The notes: generated by a model from the letters alone, not told the origin. A stretch of DNA of 50,357 nt, filler included, from Catajapyx aquilonaris (GCA_000934665.2; 2 parts of 2 records of this genome joined end to end with filler, not necessarily neighbours in it); one strand, 5' to 3'. Positions 26,270 to 37,997 are shown, numbered from the whole stretch's first letter. A program made the numbers and translations.

Positions 26270-26843
26270 AGAACAGGCAGTACTTCTCAAACCCTTTTAG
26301 TGATATGAGTATCTGGCCATCATATTGTTGCTTAGCAGAATATTGACAGTTTCAGGCATTATTATACTGCATATGCTTTGCACCCTCATCTGGTGGAATG
26401 AGAAATGACCAATCGACTTACATATAATCTGCCAAGAATAAGATATGATGCGTCAGGGTTGCTGCAATACCAATGCTTCTAATCAATATGCATAAGCCAC
26501 GTTGGAAATAAATGGCTCCTGATTTTCACAGACGCTGTCAGTGTTGGCTTATCAGCAAGTCAGATCTCTGGCGGAATATCTCTCCTAATATTGGCAAGTC
26601 ATGTCCCAGTTAGTAACTTGTAAGTTGGTCTCGATTGCACAGTACATTATTTTATTCTACCCATTAGTGATTGCTCTTGTCGTTACCATTTATTGCATAA
26701 GATAGGACAAAGAATTTTTTTAAATGATTTCAAGGAAAATTTACCCATCGCTCATTTATGTTTCAATGTAGCTGAGTTTTTGCTCCTAGGGAAAAAAACC
26801 TATTGTTCTTGGACAACAATGGCGAAGATATGGGAGTTGTTTA
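26270..26843 (+). pseudogene. 5' relic of a C-type lectin gene (promoter, non-coding exon, first codons)
   Basis: Collinear similarity to 46257-46620 and 48085-48570. ggacaacaATGGCGAAGATA at 26819 matches the paralog starts, but similarity stops after about 7 codons (MAKIWELF vs MAKILGLI). Confidence 0.75.
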
Positions 26844-28024
26844 GAGTCAAACAGGGCTCTATATTAAATAAACGGATAGTAAGTGCCCTACCAGCAGTTA
26901 ATTAGATGATCTGAAAGAAACCAGCCCAAAACCAGCCGGTGTAACAGTAAACAAAGATTCATTTGCATTGTATTAGTTTTTATTTACAATCAGCATTTAT
27001 GTAGCCCAATGCAGTCCTCCCCAACCCCCATATCAGTTGGTGATCTCACAAAATGCAATTGTTTTTGTCCCATTAAGATAAATAATAAGTTCAGGTAAAC
27101 AGGTAACGTTGTTATATATTTATTTTACATATTTATTTATTAGTTACAGCGAACAGAACCGTGCTCAATGCAGCAATGTTCATACCGGGCGCTCCAAATC
27201 TCGCACCTTGTGACGTAGGCGCCTTGGGGGAAAGGGGCGGGAACTTGCGTAGCGTTCGACCTTTTTCTAGACCTGTGTAACACCAGCCTGCCTCTATGCT
27301 TTTAATCCGAATTCAACCTTGCTTGGGTGCTTGTTGTGGCTCAATCGCCTAGGGCCCCCCGCCCACCCACGCGCCTTTTAAATGCATTTAATAGTGCATA
27401 GAGCATAACTAAATATAGGCAGCGTAATTCGAACATATGTTGCTCATCACGCCTTTCAAAGTGCTGTGCATGTGAGGAACACACCTGACCCGGTGGCACT
27501 GCCTTCGTTTTGTCTTCTTTCCATACCATATTATATGGCCACGTCTCTGCTTAACAGTTTCCAAGGCCTGGGAAAAAAATTGTCATCAACTTTTACCCCC
27601 CGCTCCCCCTCCCCCACCTCCCATTTGCACCTTTTAATGAGCAATGGCTGTGAATGGCGCTCAAATATTGCGACAGCATTGCCCCTGCATTGCATTCCAA
27701 AGGGCAAGAGGTATGCCAAAATGTCTATGATTTCTTCCATATATGGCGCAATAAACGGAGCTGTATATGTAATCCGGGGCGACACTTGATTCAAACGCGC
27801 GTCTATGGTGCACGGCCTTCAAGGCCACACCAGACTTATATCCCTTCAATATTTCTAGAAGCGTCTGTTATCTGCACCTCGACCTCGTCTTGTCCCCCCC
27901 TCTCATGCTCCCTCCCACCCGTCTCCCCCTTAAACCATCACGTGACTCAGCTAGGCAAGAGTAAGGTATTATAAACAAGCAAGGTTAAGGTTATCCTGGC
28001 CAGACTGTAACCCGCATGGCGGGA

Positions 28025-28207
28025 CAATTCTTTATTCACTGATGATACAAGGTGCAGTGCATCGACTAGTAAGGTCATTTTGTGAGCTCCCCTGGGTGGC
28101 TTAGTGTGTCGGAAATACCACCCGAAACGAAGCCAGAGACGACCCGAGAACTCTTCACGAGATGAAGGGGGTATCCCCGGGTTGGGTTCGAACCCGGGAC
28201 CTTAAAG
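28025..28207 (-). mobile_element. Possible 5'-truncated tRNA-derived SINE fragment
   Basis: Minus strand AAGGTCCCGGGTTCGAACCC (variable loop plus B box) followed by a GC-rich body and AATAAA. No A box on that strand; the B box is palindromic, so orientation is uncertain. Confidence 0.35.
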
Positions 28208-28388
28208 GAAGGGTTCAGTGATTTTGCATGTTGGGCTTCAAAGATCAAGGTAGACTCCCTGATTCCAAAAATGTGGTCAGTTTTTAAATATGACGCCGCC
28301 ATCTTGAAGCAACCATTTGCACAGGCCTGATGTTGAGCAGGTGTAGGTGTGTGTGGGTGTGTGTGAATGGTTGCTTCAAGACCAGGAT

Positions 28389-28708
28389 ACCGAAGCAGGT
28401 TGTCATAGTGAATAAGGCGTCCGACTGCTAATCGGGAGGTCCTGGGTTCGAATCCCGGGGCCGGCAACCATGACTGTGGTTTTCTGTGGTTCTCCACGGT
28501 CTTTCTAGGATAATTCCGGGGTCGCTTCCGTATAATAGGCCACAGCCGCTTCCTTCCTTCCTTCCCTATCCTTGGAGGTTGAAAGGCAATGCTGGGCCAA
28601 CCTCCTTAAATATCAATTATAAAGTATCTCGAATAGGGCAATTCTGAAGATCCAGAGAGATAGCCCCCCATAATAGGTATAATTACAGGTCGCTTTGATG
28701 ATACAGAG
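28389..28708 (+). mobile_element. tRNA-derived SINE with 16-bp target-site duplication
   Basis: tRNA-like head at 28395-28466 (anticodon arm TCCGA-CTGCTAA-TCGGG, T arm CTGGG-TTCGAAT-CCCGG, degenerate acceptor and D arms), then a non-tRNA body. GCTTCAAGACCAGGAT is repeated at 28373-28388 and 28709-28724. Confidence 0.8.
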
Positions 28709-29049
28709 GCTTCAAGACCAGGATGAAGGGGCCAAAACAATTTGAGCTTCATAGTATGATACATGGTTAGTGCAGGGTTTCTTATGTCCAAAAAAACACT
28801 GGCACAGATACTCGCACAGATTCGAGTTGAATAATAGACTGTTTTGGTGATCAAGATAAGAAGAAACAATACCAATACGGGATTTCTTGGATGAAAAATT
28901 AGCACCATAACATGTGTGCATAAATGTCCACTCACTCTTTCTTAAGAGTAATATTTTATTTTATTTTATTTACCCCTGGTGGCATGGAGTCAATTGGGGG
29001 GAGTTAAGAGTAACATATATGCCTAAATGCCTTTGTGCAATTTTTACAG

Positions 29050-29290
29050 GATCCTGCGTTTTATGAAGAATGAGCCCCATGTCACGGAAGCTGAAGAGTG
29101 GGAACACTTTTGGTATCAAAACAAAGCACCACGCATCATCAACGCAGATGGATCAGCCATGTCTCCAGGAAACGACTATGAGGAATTTGAGCTTACGGAG
29201 GACGCTTTTATTTTGGATGATGAGATGACCATTTCCAACAACTCCAGTATCTATGAGGGAGAAGATCCTTTGAAGGAGGCATATTCATAG
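29050..29290 (+). CDS. Orphan acidic terminal exon of unknown gene or transposon ORF
   Basis: Acceptor ttttacAG at 29048-29049, then about 80 open codons with protein-like acidic composition (EAEEWEHFWY...DYEEFELTEDAFILDDE). No upstream exons identified. Confidence 0.4.
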
Positions 29291-29340
29291 TGAATGAGGG
29301 GCTTATAATTAGTGTCGGAAACTCCTATATCTATCAGGAT

Positions 29341-29898
29341 GGTGGGCATGCTCCAGGGCCCTCATATGCCTAAAAGCCTATGATGTTAGTCATTTATGTT
29401 CAAATGAGAACATTATTTTAGCAATGTATGTTAGGAATAACATTCTAGTATATGGAAGGCAGCAAGTGTTATGTAAACTTTTGTTTCTTTTCAGCTACCC
29501 ATTTGGCTGAATTTTATAGGACAAACAAAATTTCATGTTTTTAAAACTGACCAGCATATTTGAGTCGTCATAGCATGTTTGGATTGCTCTTCACTAAACC
29601 TTAGATCAATCAATCCACCTATTGATGGGCAAGTTCCAGGGCCCTCATATGCCTGAAGATAGAGGTATGTTAGCCATTTATGTTCAAATGAGAACATTAT
29701 TTTAGCAATGCATGTTAGGAATAACATTCTAGTATATGGAAGCCAGCAAGTGTTATGTAAACTTTTGTTTCTTTTCAGCTACCCATTTGGCTGAATTTTA
29801 TAGGACAAACGAAATTTCATGTTTTTTAAAACTGACCACCATATTTGAGTCATCATAGCATTTTGGATTGCTCTTCACTGAACCTGAGATTAATCAAT
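29341..29898. repeat. Direct tandem duplication, two copies, period about 283 bp
   Basis: CCAGGGCCCTCATATGCCT at 29353 and 29636, with near-identical sequence following each. Confidence 0.92.
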
Positions 29899-30346
29899 AA
29901 ATATTAGGCCTTGCAACAATTATGTAATTATTTAACAATACTGAAACTGATTTTGTAATGTACCGTACAATTGGATGAGTCTGCAATGAAGGATACTCTA
30001 GACAGTCTAGAGTCTAGACCAAGGAAAACTATCTTTAAAATATCCAGAAGACAGCCACTCCTATTACGTCAAAGTAAAATATAAAATTATATAAAAATAA
30101 GACATCACCTTTTAGATCCAGCGGATAGAGCCTAATGAAATGACCTGTAGTGATGGCTTGAAACTTTGCATTGATTTCGGTTCAATAGTCATCCTGGAAG
30201 GCTCACTTGCAGGGAGTGGGTAGCTCTGAAGGGTCAGGATAAATCATTGCAATTTAGCTGTCTTCAGTGAAATAGTGACTGCACTCTTGTACTGGCAGAA
30301 CCATAAACTGAGGGTTATAGAGTATCTTGATATATGATAATAAATA

Positions 30347-30370
30347 CAGTGAAACCTGTGTATTACGGAA
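30347..30370 (+). mobile_element. Isolated pogo/Tigger-like terminal inverted repeat
   Basis: TA|CAGTGAAACCTGTGTATTACGG resembles Tc1/mariner-pogo MITE ends. Only partial reverse matches (CCGTTAT at about 30502 and 34912); no complete right end. Confidence 0.35.
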
Positions 30371-30732
30371 TCTCACGGGATGGTGAAAGGAACGGTCCAA
30401 AACGGTTACTCAGGGGCCTCCTGGGAGGGTTGGGAGTGAACCCGGGTGTAGTTTCTTCTTTTTTTTTGACTCACAGGAGATAATGTGAAACCTTTTGATT
30501 TCCGTTATGAACGGGGATTTTCTTTGAAGGGAGACAAGAGTCCCTTCAGTTTCAGCGTTGGGCAGGTTCTGCAATATCCGTCAAAAATACATTGCATGCC
30601 CTATGCATATGCCCGTTCCCAGAAAAAATTCCGCAATGGATAGGTTTCTGCTATACCCAGGGTCTGTAATGGGCAGGTTCTTAAACGTTATATGGAAAAG
30701 TAGAATTGTGAGACATCATAGCAGTTGTTTTA

Positions 30733-31568
30733 TCTTACTCGCTTTGCGAGGTGGGGGAGCTCCGCCCCCCCTTGGCGCTGCGCCCCAATTGGCGCGCCTT
30801 CGGCGCTACGCGTTCCCGCCCGGACCTACCCAGCACCGCTAGAGAGCTGGCAACAATAACCTGGAGTATGTCGTCAACGGAGTGAACAATGAAGCATGAC
30901 AAATACCACACCTGCAACAATCAGCCAACACACCACCCAGCCAATCAATCTCCAATCAACCAACAACAATGAGTGCGCCCGATTTGCGCGCCTTCGGCGC
31001 GAATTGGTCCGGCGCAAGTGCAGCCGGCCGCCCCACACTTTCTCCGACGCGAACACAGCAAGTCTTGTTACGCAAAAATTGGTCGGAGCGAGGTGGTATC
31101 CGTATACAGAACCCGTGACGTCACTACTGAAGGTGTGGAGTATATTCTGAATGCGCCCTGGCTGACGTATCGTGAAAAGGCAACATGACGCAATAACAGA
31201 TGACGTGGTGGCGGCGGTGGGGAGGGGAGGAGGATTCGAGGGGCCCCCCGTGGGAGGAAGTGGGTGGTGCTGGTGCAGGCGATGGTGGCTCTCGTCTGTT
31301 GGCCGCCGGGGGAGTTTGCGGATACATTAATTTCGCGATCTCAGGTTTGCGTCTACATTTAATTTGGCGATCTCGAAAACGGCTGGGAATTTTGCGATTA
31401 TGAGGATTTTTGGATATTGTAAACCGGGGGCAAGGAATCCAACGGTGCAAGTCCGAGGTCTCTGCGACGCCGGGAAGTGCGAAATCTTTTTCATCCTCCT
31501 CCTCCTCCTCCTCCTCCTCCTCCTCCTATTGGGGCTNCTCCTCGGATTGGGGCTTTATATATATTAGA
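30733..31568 (-). mobile_element. Non-autonomous Helitron-like element with internal (CCT)n microsatellite
   Basis: Minus strand begins A|TCTAATATATATAAAGC. 31365-31500 is the reverse complement of 43265-43395 with divergence. GC-rich hairpins near 30737-30770. The 3' boundary is uncertain. Confidence 0.55.
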
Positions 31569-31976
31569 TAGATGCGATTACAAAGTGAAACTCATCAGAC
31601 TGATATAAAAGTGCTTGAGGAAAATCACTACACTGTTAAGTAATCTTCTCTTTTATTGTACAATGGTACCGACTGTGCTTATCTCACCAATGCGATTCAA
31701 TGCTGGAGGAAATGAAAACTGCTTGGCTCGGAAGACGCAGTTTGGCTTTTACTGGAACGACTGACCCTGCTCTATGACAGACAACTTTGCATTCATATGA
31801 CTGTTAAGCTTATGTAACAATGGGTAGTTTGCAGCTTTGTTGCTTGCGGTTTACATAGCATGCTGTAAAATGTTCAGTTGAATAAAAGGCATGTCCATTA
31901 TCTCTGCTGTAATATTCAATTTCAGATATCACATTAGAAGACCAACTTATATGCAACACATTTCTTATCAATTCAA

Positions 31977-34028
31977 TTAATGTCTTCGCTCTTTAGGGCT
32001 AAGCACACGAAACATATTTTCGGATGCAAACGCACCCAGTGCAATAGAAAGTCCTACGAACCAAATGTTAAAAATAGCTGAGAGCTTGGTTCTGGTTAAC
32101 ACCTCCTCTGCCTTTTGTGGGTTGTCCCTCTCTCTGGCCCGGATTCGATTCAAGGACCGGAGGAACTTCAAGTATATGGAGTCACGCAAGATCACAGAGA
32201 ACAGATCCTTTTCTATGACCATCCGGATGCCGTTCTTGCCGATGTGATATGCCATGGTTTGTCCACGTGGGTAACTTACACCGCCGTAAGTTGGAAATAT
32301 GTGGTCATCAGAGTATCGGAATATTGGTTGTCCCGAAGTATCACGAAAGATGTAAGATTCATGATTGAAGAACATGTTTGCACCAGCGCAAGCGAGTTGA
32401 TTTGTTTGAATCTTGTTCAAGCAACTCGGGACACTTGCACCCATGGATGCCTTGGCATCCAGGGCGGCGTAGAAAGGATCGTCGACAAAGGAGTGGTATT
32501 TCTTCCAGATTATAAAACTGACCTCAGCACATTCAATGGTCCAATCCGATTCAGCCAGTTCCCGGAAGTTCTTTGGGACAAACTCCCTCGTGGGAAAGGT
32601 CAAGAAGGAGACCATCTTGGCCTTGTAACCAGTGATGACCACGGTGGAAAAGAAGAGAAAGGAGGAGGCCAGGAAGAGAAAGCGGTGGGATTTGGGGAAG
32701 GGAACTGGCTGTTCTATCAGGTGTCTGGCCAGGATGTGAAGGGATCCTAGTAGGCCCAGGGAACCATGATTGACCTTTGAACTCCCTCGAGAAGGGTCGC
32801 AGCGGGAATGTCTGCTCATCACAATCGGCAGAAGGGCGAGGGTGACCCCCAAGGACACCCAGAAGGGCAGGACATAAGGCCTGTAGATGACCCTCCAGCT
32901 GATCACGCCTCCGGGTCTTCTGGTCGCGAATGTCGCGTGTCCGTACATGTACGGTGGCGCGAGTAGGGTGTGTCGATAGTTGTCCTCCGTAAAAGGGACC
33001 AAACCTAAAACATCAACTCGACCTGACATCAAATCAGGTGTCAGCCCAACCCAAGTCCCGTTGGCCAGTCTGTGGTCCAAATCGGAACTGGTCGGCTCCT
33101 TAATGTAAATCTCCGAAATGAAACAGTTGGTCGATTCTTCCGTCAAAATGTATCCACGTTCCTCATCGGTGAGGTAAACTTCTCCCTCTTCTTTCTTTCT
33201 CCTTCGTACGTCCACCATGTCGGCTGGAAGCAAGTACATTCCGATCACGAACGGCTTCTTGTTCATCTTGTTCTCGTCGTAGTTTTTGAAGAAGTTGTCA
33301 GCTTTTGGACTTTCCATGCGGCTCACCTGGCCGAGGTCAATGATCTTCTGTTGACCTCCTTGTCCGCAGAAGAAGCAGACAGTCTCCATCCTCATGGTAC
33401 CATCTGGTTCCATCATGCTGGACACCTTTAACCTTAGGGCACTGGCAGGGGGTGAGGTCAGCACTCGATGGACATCTCCCTGAAGATTGGATGCAGTTGG
33501 ATGTTGAGGGAAGTGGATGAGGAAAAGGTCATTGAGTGGACTGAGGTTGACCTTGAATGAGGTGAACATGACTAGTTGAGGGAGGGACGATGGGGAGGAA
33601 GGGAGGAGTAGGTGAAGGGTGCAGGGGCAGGCTGACCACCCAGAGGTCATGAGGAGGTCAGGAGGGACGGTGGTAAAGTCCAAGATGTCAGCTTGACCCT
33701 TGAGCCAGGGGTAGTTTTGGTAGGAATGAGAGAAGGTGGTCATTCGGACGGAGAAGGAAGGGAGGTACTTGGCCGAGTGACCCTTCAAAATCTTCCAGAC
33801 GCCCTTGCCTGACGATGACCCCATCAGGTCAGTAGACAGGACCAGACCGCATCCCCTCATGTCAGGTCTCGTGTCCAGGACGCCCTTGACCAATCTGGAC
33901 ACTGTCCACCACTCCTCTTCCATCAGACGAGACGCATTCCTTCCAACATCAGATGATGACGACGAGGTGTGGCCACCAAACATGGCAATGGCCACGGAGC
34001 AAAGGACCAGCACTTGTATACCGGACAT
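31977..34028 (-). CDS. Intronless divergent ionotropic receptor (IR, variant iGluR chemoreceptor), 683 aa (IR-A)
   Basis: Signal peptide; S1 motif ANGTWVGLTPDLMSGRVDV; M1 YRPYVLPFWVSL; pore segment LIEQPV; M2 ending GYKAKMVSFLT (equivalent of SYTANLAAFLT); S2; M3 LSAIFNIWFVGLSIALGAFASE. The glutamate-binding Arg of TxER is absent (FTEDNY). Confidence 0.9.
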   Translation of the reverse strand: MSGIQVLVLCSVAIAMFGGHTSSSSSDVGRNASRLMEEEWWTVSRLVKGVLDTRPDMRGCGLVLSTDLMGSSSGKGVWKILKGHSAKYLPSFSVRMTTFSHSYQNYPWLKGQADILDFTTVPPDLLMTSGWSACPCTLHLLLPSSPSSLPQLVMFTSFKVNLSPLNDLFLIHFPQHPTASNLQGDVHRVLTSPPASALRLKVSSMMEPDGTMRMETVCFFCGQGGQQKIIDLGQVSRMESPKADNFFKNYDENKMNKKPFVIGMYLLPADMVDVRRRKKEEGEVYLTDEERGYILTEESTNCFISEIYIKEPTSSDLDHRLANGTWVGLTPDLMSGRVDVLGLVPFTEDNYRHTLLAPPYMYGHATFATRRPGGVISWRVIYRPYVLPFWVSLGVTLALLPIVMSRHSRCDPSRGSSKVNHGSLGLLGSLHILARHLIEQPVPFPKSHRFLFLASSFLFFSTVVITGYKAKMVSFLTFPTREFVPKNFRELAESDWTIECAEVSFIIWKKYHSFVDDPFYAALDAKASMGASVPSCLNKIQTNQLACAGANMFFNHESYIFRDTSGQPIFRYSDDHIFPTYGGVSYPRGQTMAYHIGKNGIRMVIEKDLFSVILRDSIYLKFLRSLNRIRARERDNPQKAEEVLTRTKLSAIFNIWFVGLSIALGAFASENMFRVLSPKERRH

Positions 34029-34559
34029 GGTTTAGCTACACAATGAACGTGGACCAAGTACAGTCGCACCTCCCAAGGTCTCTCTTCCATTAATTATTAT
34101 GTACCTGCCATCCACACCATTCCAAGTAACGCACCATTATTGTAATCATATCAGGGAATACATGCTGCAGTTTGTGATAGTTGGAACCGATTAGACGAGT
34201 AATATTCACGTGGACAGCACGTGGAATCTGATTAAGAAGGAAGAGGAATAGTTTCCTTCCACTCAACATACCGGAAATAATGGCGTAATTGGACCTTGAT
34301 AAAATCGTCTGATTGGAGGAAGGATCCGTCTGCGACTCTATACTATTGGTCCGGTCATATCCATTCAACGGCTATCTGCGTGGCCCAATTACCCAATTAT
34401 TCCTTGAATGTCTAGAAGCAGTGCGGTATTCCACTTCCTCTTAATCAAATTACACGTGAATATCCCTCGTCCAATCTATTCCAAGATCTGGCATAATTTG
34501 TTTACTGCGACGAATATTCCTAATTCTGATTGTACTGTACTGTACAATGCTGTTGTGGC

Positions 34560-34691
34560 GATGGAATGACGTGAATGGCAGGTACTACGGTACAATAATC
34601 AATGGAACCTTGGGAGGTGCGCGCGAGAGTACCTGGCCCTTGAGGTACACCATGACCGGGATACGAGTGCTGGTCCTTTTGCTCCGTGGCG
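34560..34691 (+). pseudogene. 5' stub of a third IR paralog (IR-C)
   Basis: Shared leader ACCTTGGGAGGTG, then ATGACCGGGATACGAGTGCTGGTCCTT(T)TGCTCCGTGGCG at 34652, matching MSGIQVLVLCSVA of IR-A. It has a +1 indel and is truncated after about 13 codons. Confidence 0.8.
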
Positions 34692-35101
34692 TGCGTAATA
34701 TTATTATTGCGAAGTGACATTTTGACATATTATGTTGTTTGGGGGGGGGGGGGNNNNNNGAACCCCTTCAAATATATATTTTTGAGTCGCTTCCAGTGAC
34801 AGATGCGAAAATCACCCCAGCTTCAGTATTCCCTGCCTTCTTGCATGTGGAAAATTTTATTTGAATAATCAAAAGCAGCATTTTTTTTTCACCGAGGGGC
34901 CACAAAATGGTCCGTTATACCCGAGGTGAGATGAAAATGAGTATTTAATATCAGGTAGAAAAATACACATGGCCTTATGTAAATTCCGATTGCAATACCC
35001 ACGTGTTCCTAGAATGGTGTGGTAGGCTGATGGATAATAAATGGCAGAGAGACCTTGGGAGGTGTGAATGTACTTGGGCCTCTTCAGTGTGTAGCAGAAC
35101 C

Positions 35102-37162
35102 ATGTTAGGGATACAAGTGCTTGTGCTTTGCTCCGTGGCGATGGCCATGCTTGGTGGCCACACAGCGTCGTCGTCTGGTGTTGGAAGGAATGTGTCTCGT
35201 CTGATGGAAGAGGAAGAGAAGTGGTGGGCTGTGTCCAGACTGGTCAAGGGCGTCCTGGACACGAGGCCTGACATGATGGGATGCGGTCTGGTCCTGTCCA
35301 CTGACCTGGGGTCATCACTAGGAAAGGGCGTCTGGAATATTCTGAAGGGTCACTCGGACAAGTACCTCCCTTCCTTCACCGTCCGGATGACCACCTTCAA
35401 TCATTCCTACCATTCCTACCCCTGGCTCAAGGGTCAAGCTGACCTCTTGGACTTTACCACTGTCCCTCCTGATCTCCTCATGACATCTGGGTGGTCAGCC
35501 TCCCGCTGCACCCTTCACCTCCTCCTCCCTTCCTCACCATCCTCCCTCCCACAACTGGTCATGTTCACCGCATTCAAGGTCAACCTCAGTCCACTCAATG
35601 ACCGTTTCCTCATCCACTTTCCTCAACAACCAACTTCATCCCAGCTTCCGGAAGAGGTCCATCAAGTGCTGACCTCACCTCCTTTGAGTGCCCTCCGGCT
35701 GAAGATGTCCAGCAGGATGGAAGCTGATGGCGCCATGAGGATGGAAACAGTCTGCTTCTTCTGCGGACAGGGAGGTCAACAAAAGATGATTGACCTCGGC
35801 CAGGAGAGCAGCATGGAAAATTCAAAGGTTGACCCCTTCTTCAGAAATTACGACGATAACAAGATGAACCAGAAGCCATACGTGATCGGAATGCACTGGT
35901 GGCCAGTCGACATGGAAGACGTACTGAAGAGAAGGAAAGAACTTGGAGAAGTTTACCTCACGGATTATCAACGGCGTTTTATTGTGGTAGAAGAATCGAT
36001 CAACTGTTTCCTTTCTGAGATTTACGTGAAGAGGCCGACCAGTATCGACATTGGTCACAGACACTGGCCAGCGGGACTTGGGTTGATTTGCTAATACCTG
36101 AATTGTTGTCGGGTCGAATCGATATTATAGGTGGCGTTGCAGTCACTGAGGACACCTATCGACACACCCTCCTCCAACCTCCGAACTTTTACGGACACGC
36201 GACATTCGTGACTAGACGACCCGGAGGAGTGATCAACTGGAGGGCCATCTACAGGCCTTATGTCCTCTCCTTCTGGGTGTCCTTGGGGATCACCCTCGCC
36301 CTTCTCCCGATTGTGATGAGCAGCCTCTCCCGCTGCGACCCTGCTCGAAGGAGGTCAGAGGTCAATCATGGTTCCCTGGGCCTAATGGGATCCCTCCACG
36401 TCCTGTCCAGACACCTGATAGAACAGCCCGTTCCCTTCCCCACATCCCGCCGCTTTCTCTTCCTGGCCTTCACCTTCCTCTTCCTCTCCACCGTGGTCAT
36501 CACTGGGTACAAGGCCAAGATGGTCACCTTCTTGACCTTTCCCCCGAGGGAGTTTGTCCCCAAGAATTGGCGGGAACTGGCTGAATCGGATTGGACCATT
36601 GAGTGTGATCTAGTCAATTATCTGCTCTGGAAGAAATACCACTCCTTTGTCGACGATCCTTTCTTCGACGCTTTGGATGCCAAGGTAACCATGGGTGAGA
36701 ACATCCAGAGTTGCTTCGACAAGATGCAAACAGAGCAACTCGCTTGCGTGGGTCTAAATCTCTTTTTAGATCAAAAGATTTACCTCTATCGTGACACTTC
36801 GGGGCAACCAACATTCCGATACTCGGATGACAACATATTTCCGGTTTACTCTGCATTCAGTTACCCCCGTGGACGAACCATGGCACATCACATAATGACG
36901 AAGACCATCAGAATGATCATTGAAAATGATATGGGATCAGTGTTCTTGCGTGACTACATGTACTTGATGTTCCTGCGGTCCTTAGATGAAATCCGGGCAA
37001 GGGAAAGGGACAACCCCCAAAAAGTCAGAGGAAGTGTTGACCAGGACCAAAGTCTCGCCCATCTTCAACATGTGGTTGATGGGGCTTGCCATTGCACTTG
37101 TGGCATTCACAATAGAAATAATGCTGTGTCGTGTGTTTAAGACAAAACGACTTAAAAACTGA
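35102..37162 (+). pseudogene. Divergent IR paralog (IR-B) with two frameshifts: pseudogene or assembly indels
   Basis: Full-length alignment to IR-A from ATG 35102 to TGA 37160-37162. It needs removal of an extra CA at 36062-36063 and one extra base in the A-run at about 37019-37024. The restored C-terminus contains M3 (VSPIFNMWLMGLAIALVAFTIE). No nonsense codons in the corrected frame. Confidence 0.85.
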
Positions 37163-37882
37163 ATGAAAGTGTGGGAATTGTGTCACTTTGCACATCACTT
37201 TCACTGTGGAACTTTTCATTGTTTATTATCTTTTTTGTGGTTATCTTCTCATACAGTAGTATTCCAACAATCATGGACCTTTCGAAACCTCTTTTCCAAC
37301 ACAGGCGCCCCAATTACATGCCGTGAAAGCAAAATAATAAATATATAGCCCAAGTAATGGAGCAGTTACAATCATAATGGCAATCGCTCTCATCTCATCA
37401 TAGCCATCAGGAGCAGCTGCTGCTGTCAATTATTATCTTCCTAGGAATATCTCTTTGACAATGTTTCATCGTGTTTCATTTTATCGGATTTGCATAAAGT
37501 TACAAATGTTCAATTTAAATACAATGATGCCTATTCTTATCGGAATAGGGCGTTGCAAATGTTCGGCATACAATTTCTTATTTCACTAACAGAATTATGC
37601 ATTTTTCCTAAGTTGTCACTCCCAACCAACATATTCGTGATAAAAGAAGCCCCTTTTGTGTTGGGCTGTGTGACTTATCGTGTTCCAAAGATAGATTGAC
37701 AGCTACAATGTTAGGCAATTATTTATTTTTACACTTTATTCACATTATGGCCTCAATGCAATAAAGAAATATCTGAGAAATCTATTACAATTGGCATAAC
37801 ATATTTTTCGCGGAACGATCTAATTATGTTTTAACCACGAAAATATTATAATAATAATCGATCTAATCAGTACCGTATGTTC

Positions 37883-37997
37883 TGGTCACGCACGTCATCA
37901 GTAATGCTCCTGCAGATATATATGGAAGTACAGGCAGTGTTACTGTTGCTTAGCCAACGTCAGGTCAGAGATTAAGGTTCTCTTCTATAGTATATTG
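37883..37997 (+). promoter_or_regulatory. Conserved promoter and non-coding first exon of CTL1 (repeated at about 41133-41247 and 44917-45035)
   Basis: CACGTCA (CRE/ATF-like) and a TATATAT box. Donor TTG|GT at 37998 and acceptor atatAG at 38069-38070 are conserved in three copies. Confidence 0.55.

Noticed and set aside
28395..28466. Functional tRNA-Ser(GCT) gene
   Set aside because: Mismatched acceptor stem, damaged D arm and A box, no long variable arm, and embedded in a TSD-flanked SINE.
32115..33431. Antisense ORFs (211 aa, 119 aa) overlapping IR-A
   Set aside because: Expected opposite a GC-richer CDS; no motifs and not preserved at full length in IR-B.
35003..35101. N-terminal extension of IR-B from the GTG start in the ORF track
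   Set aside because: Paralog alignment and the signal peptide place the start at ATG 35102.
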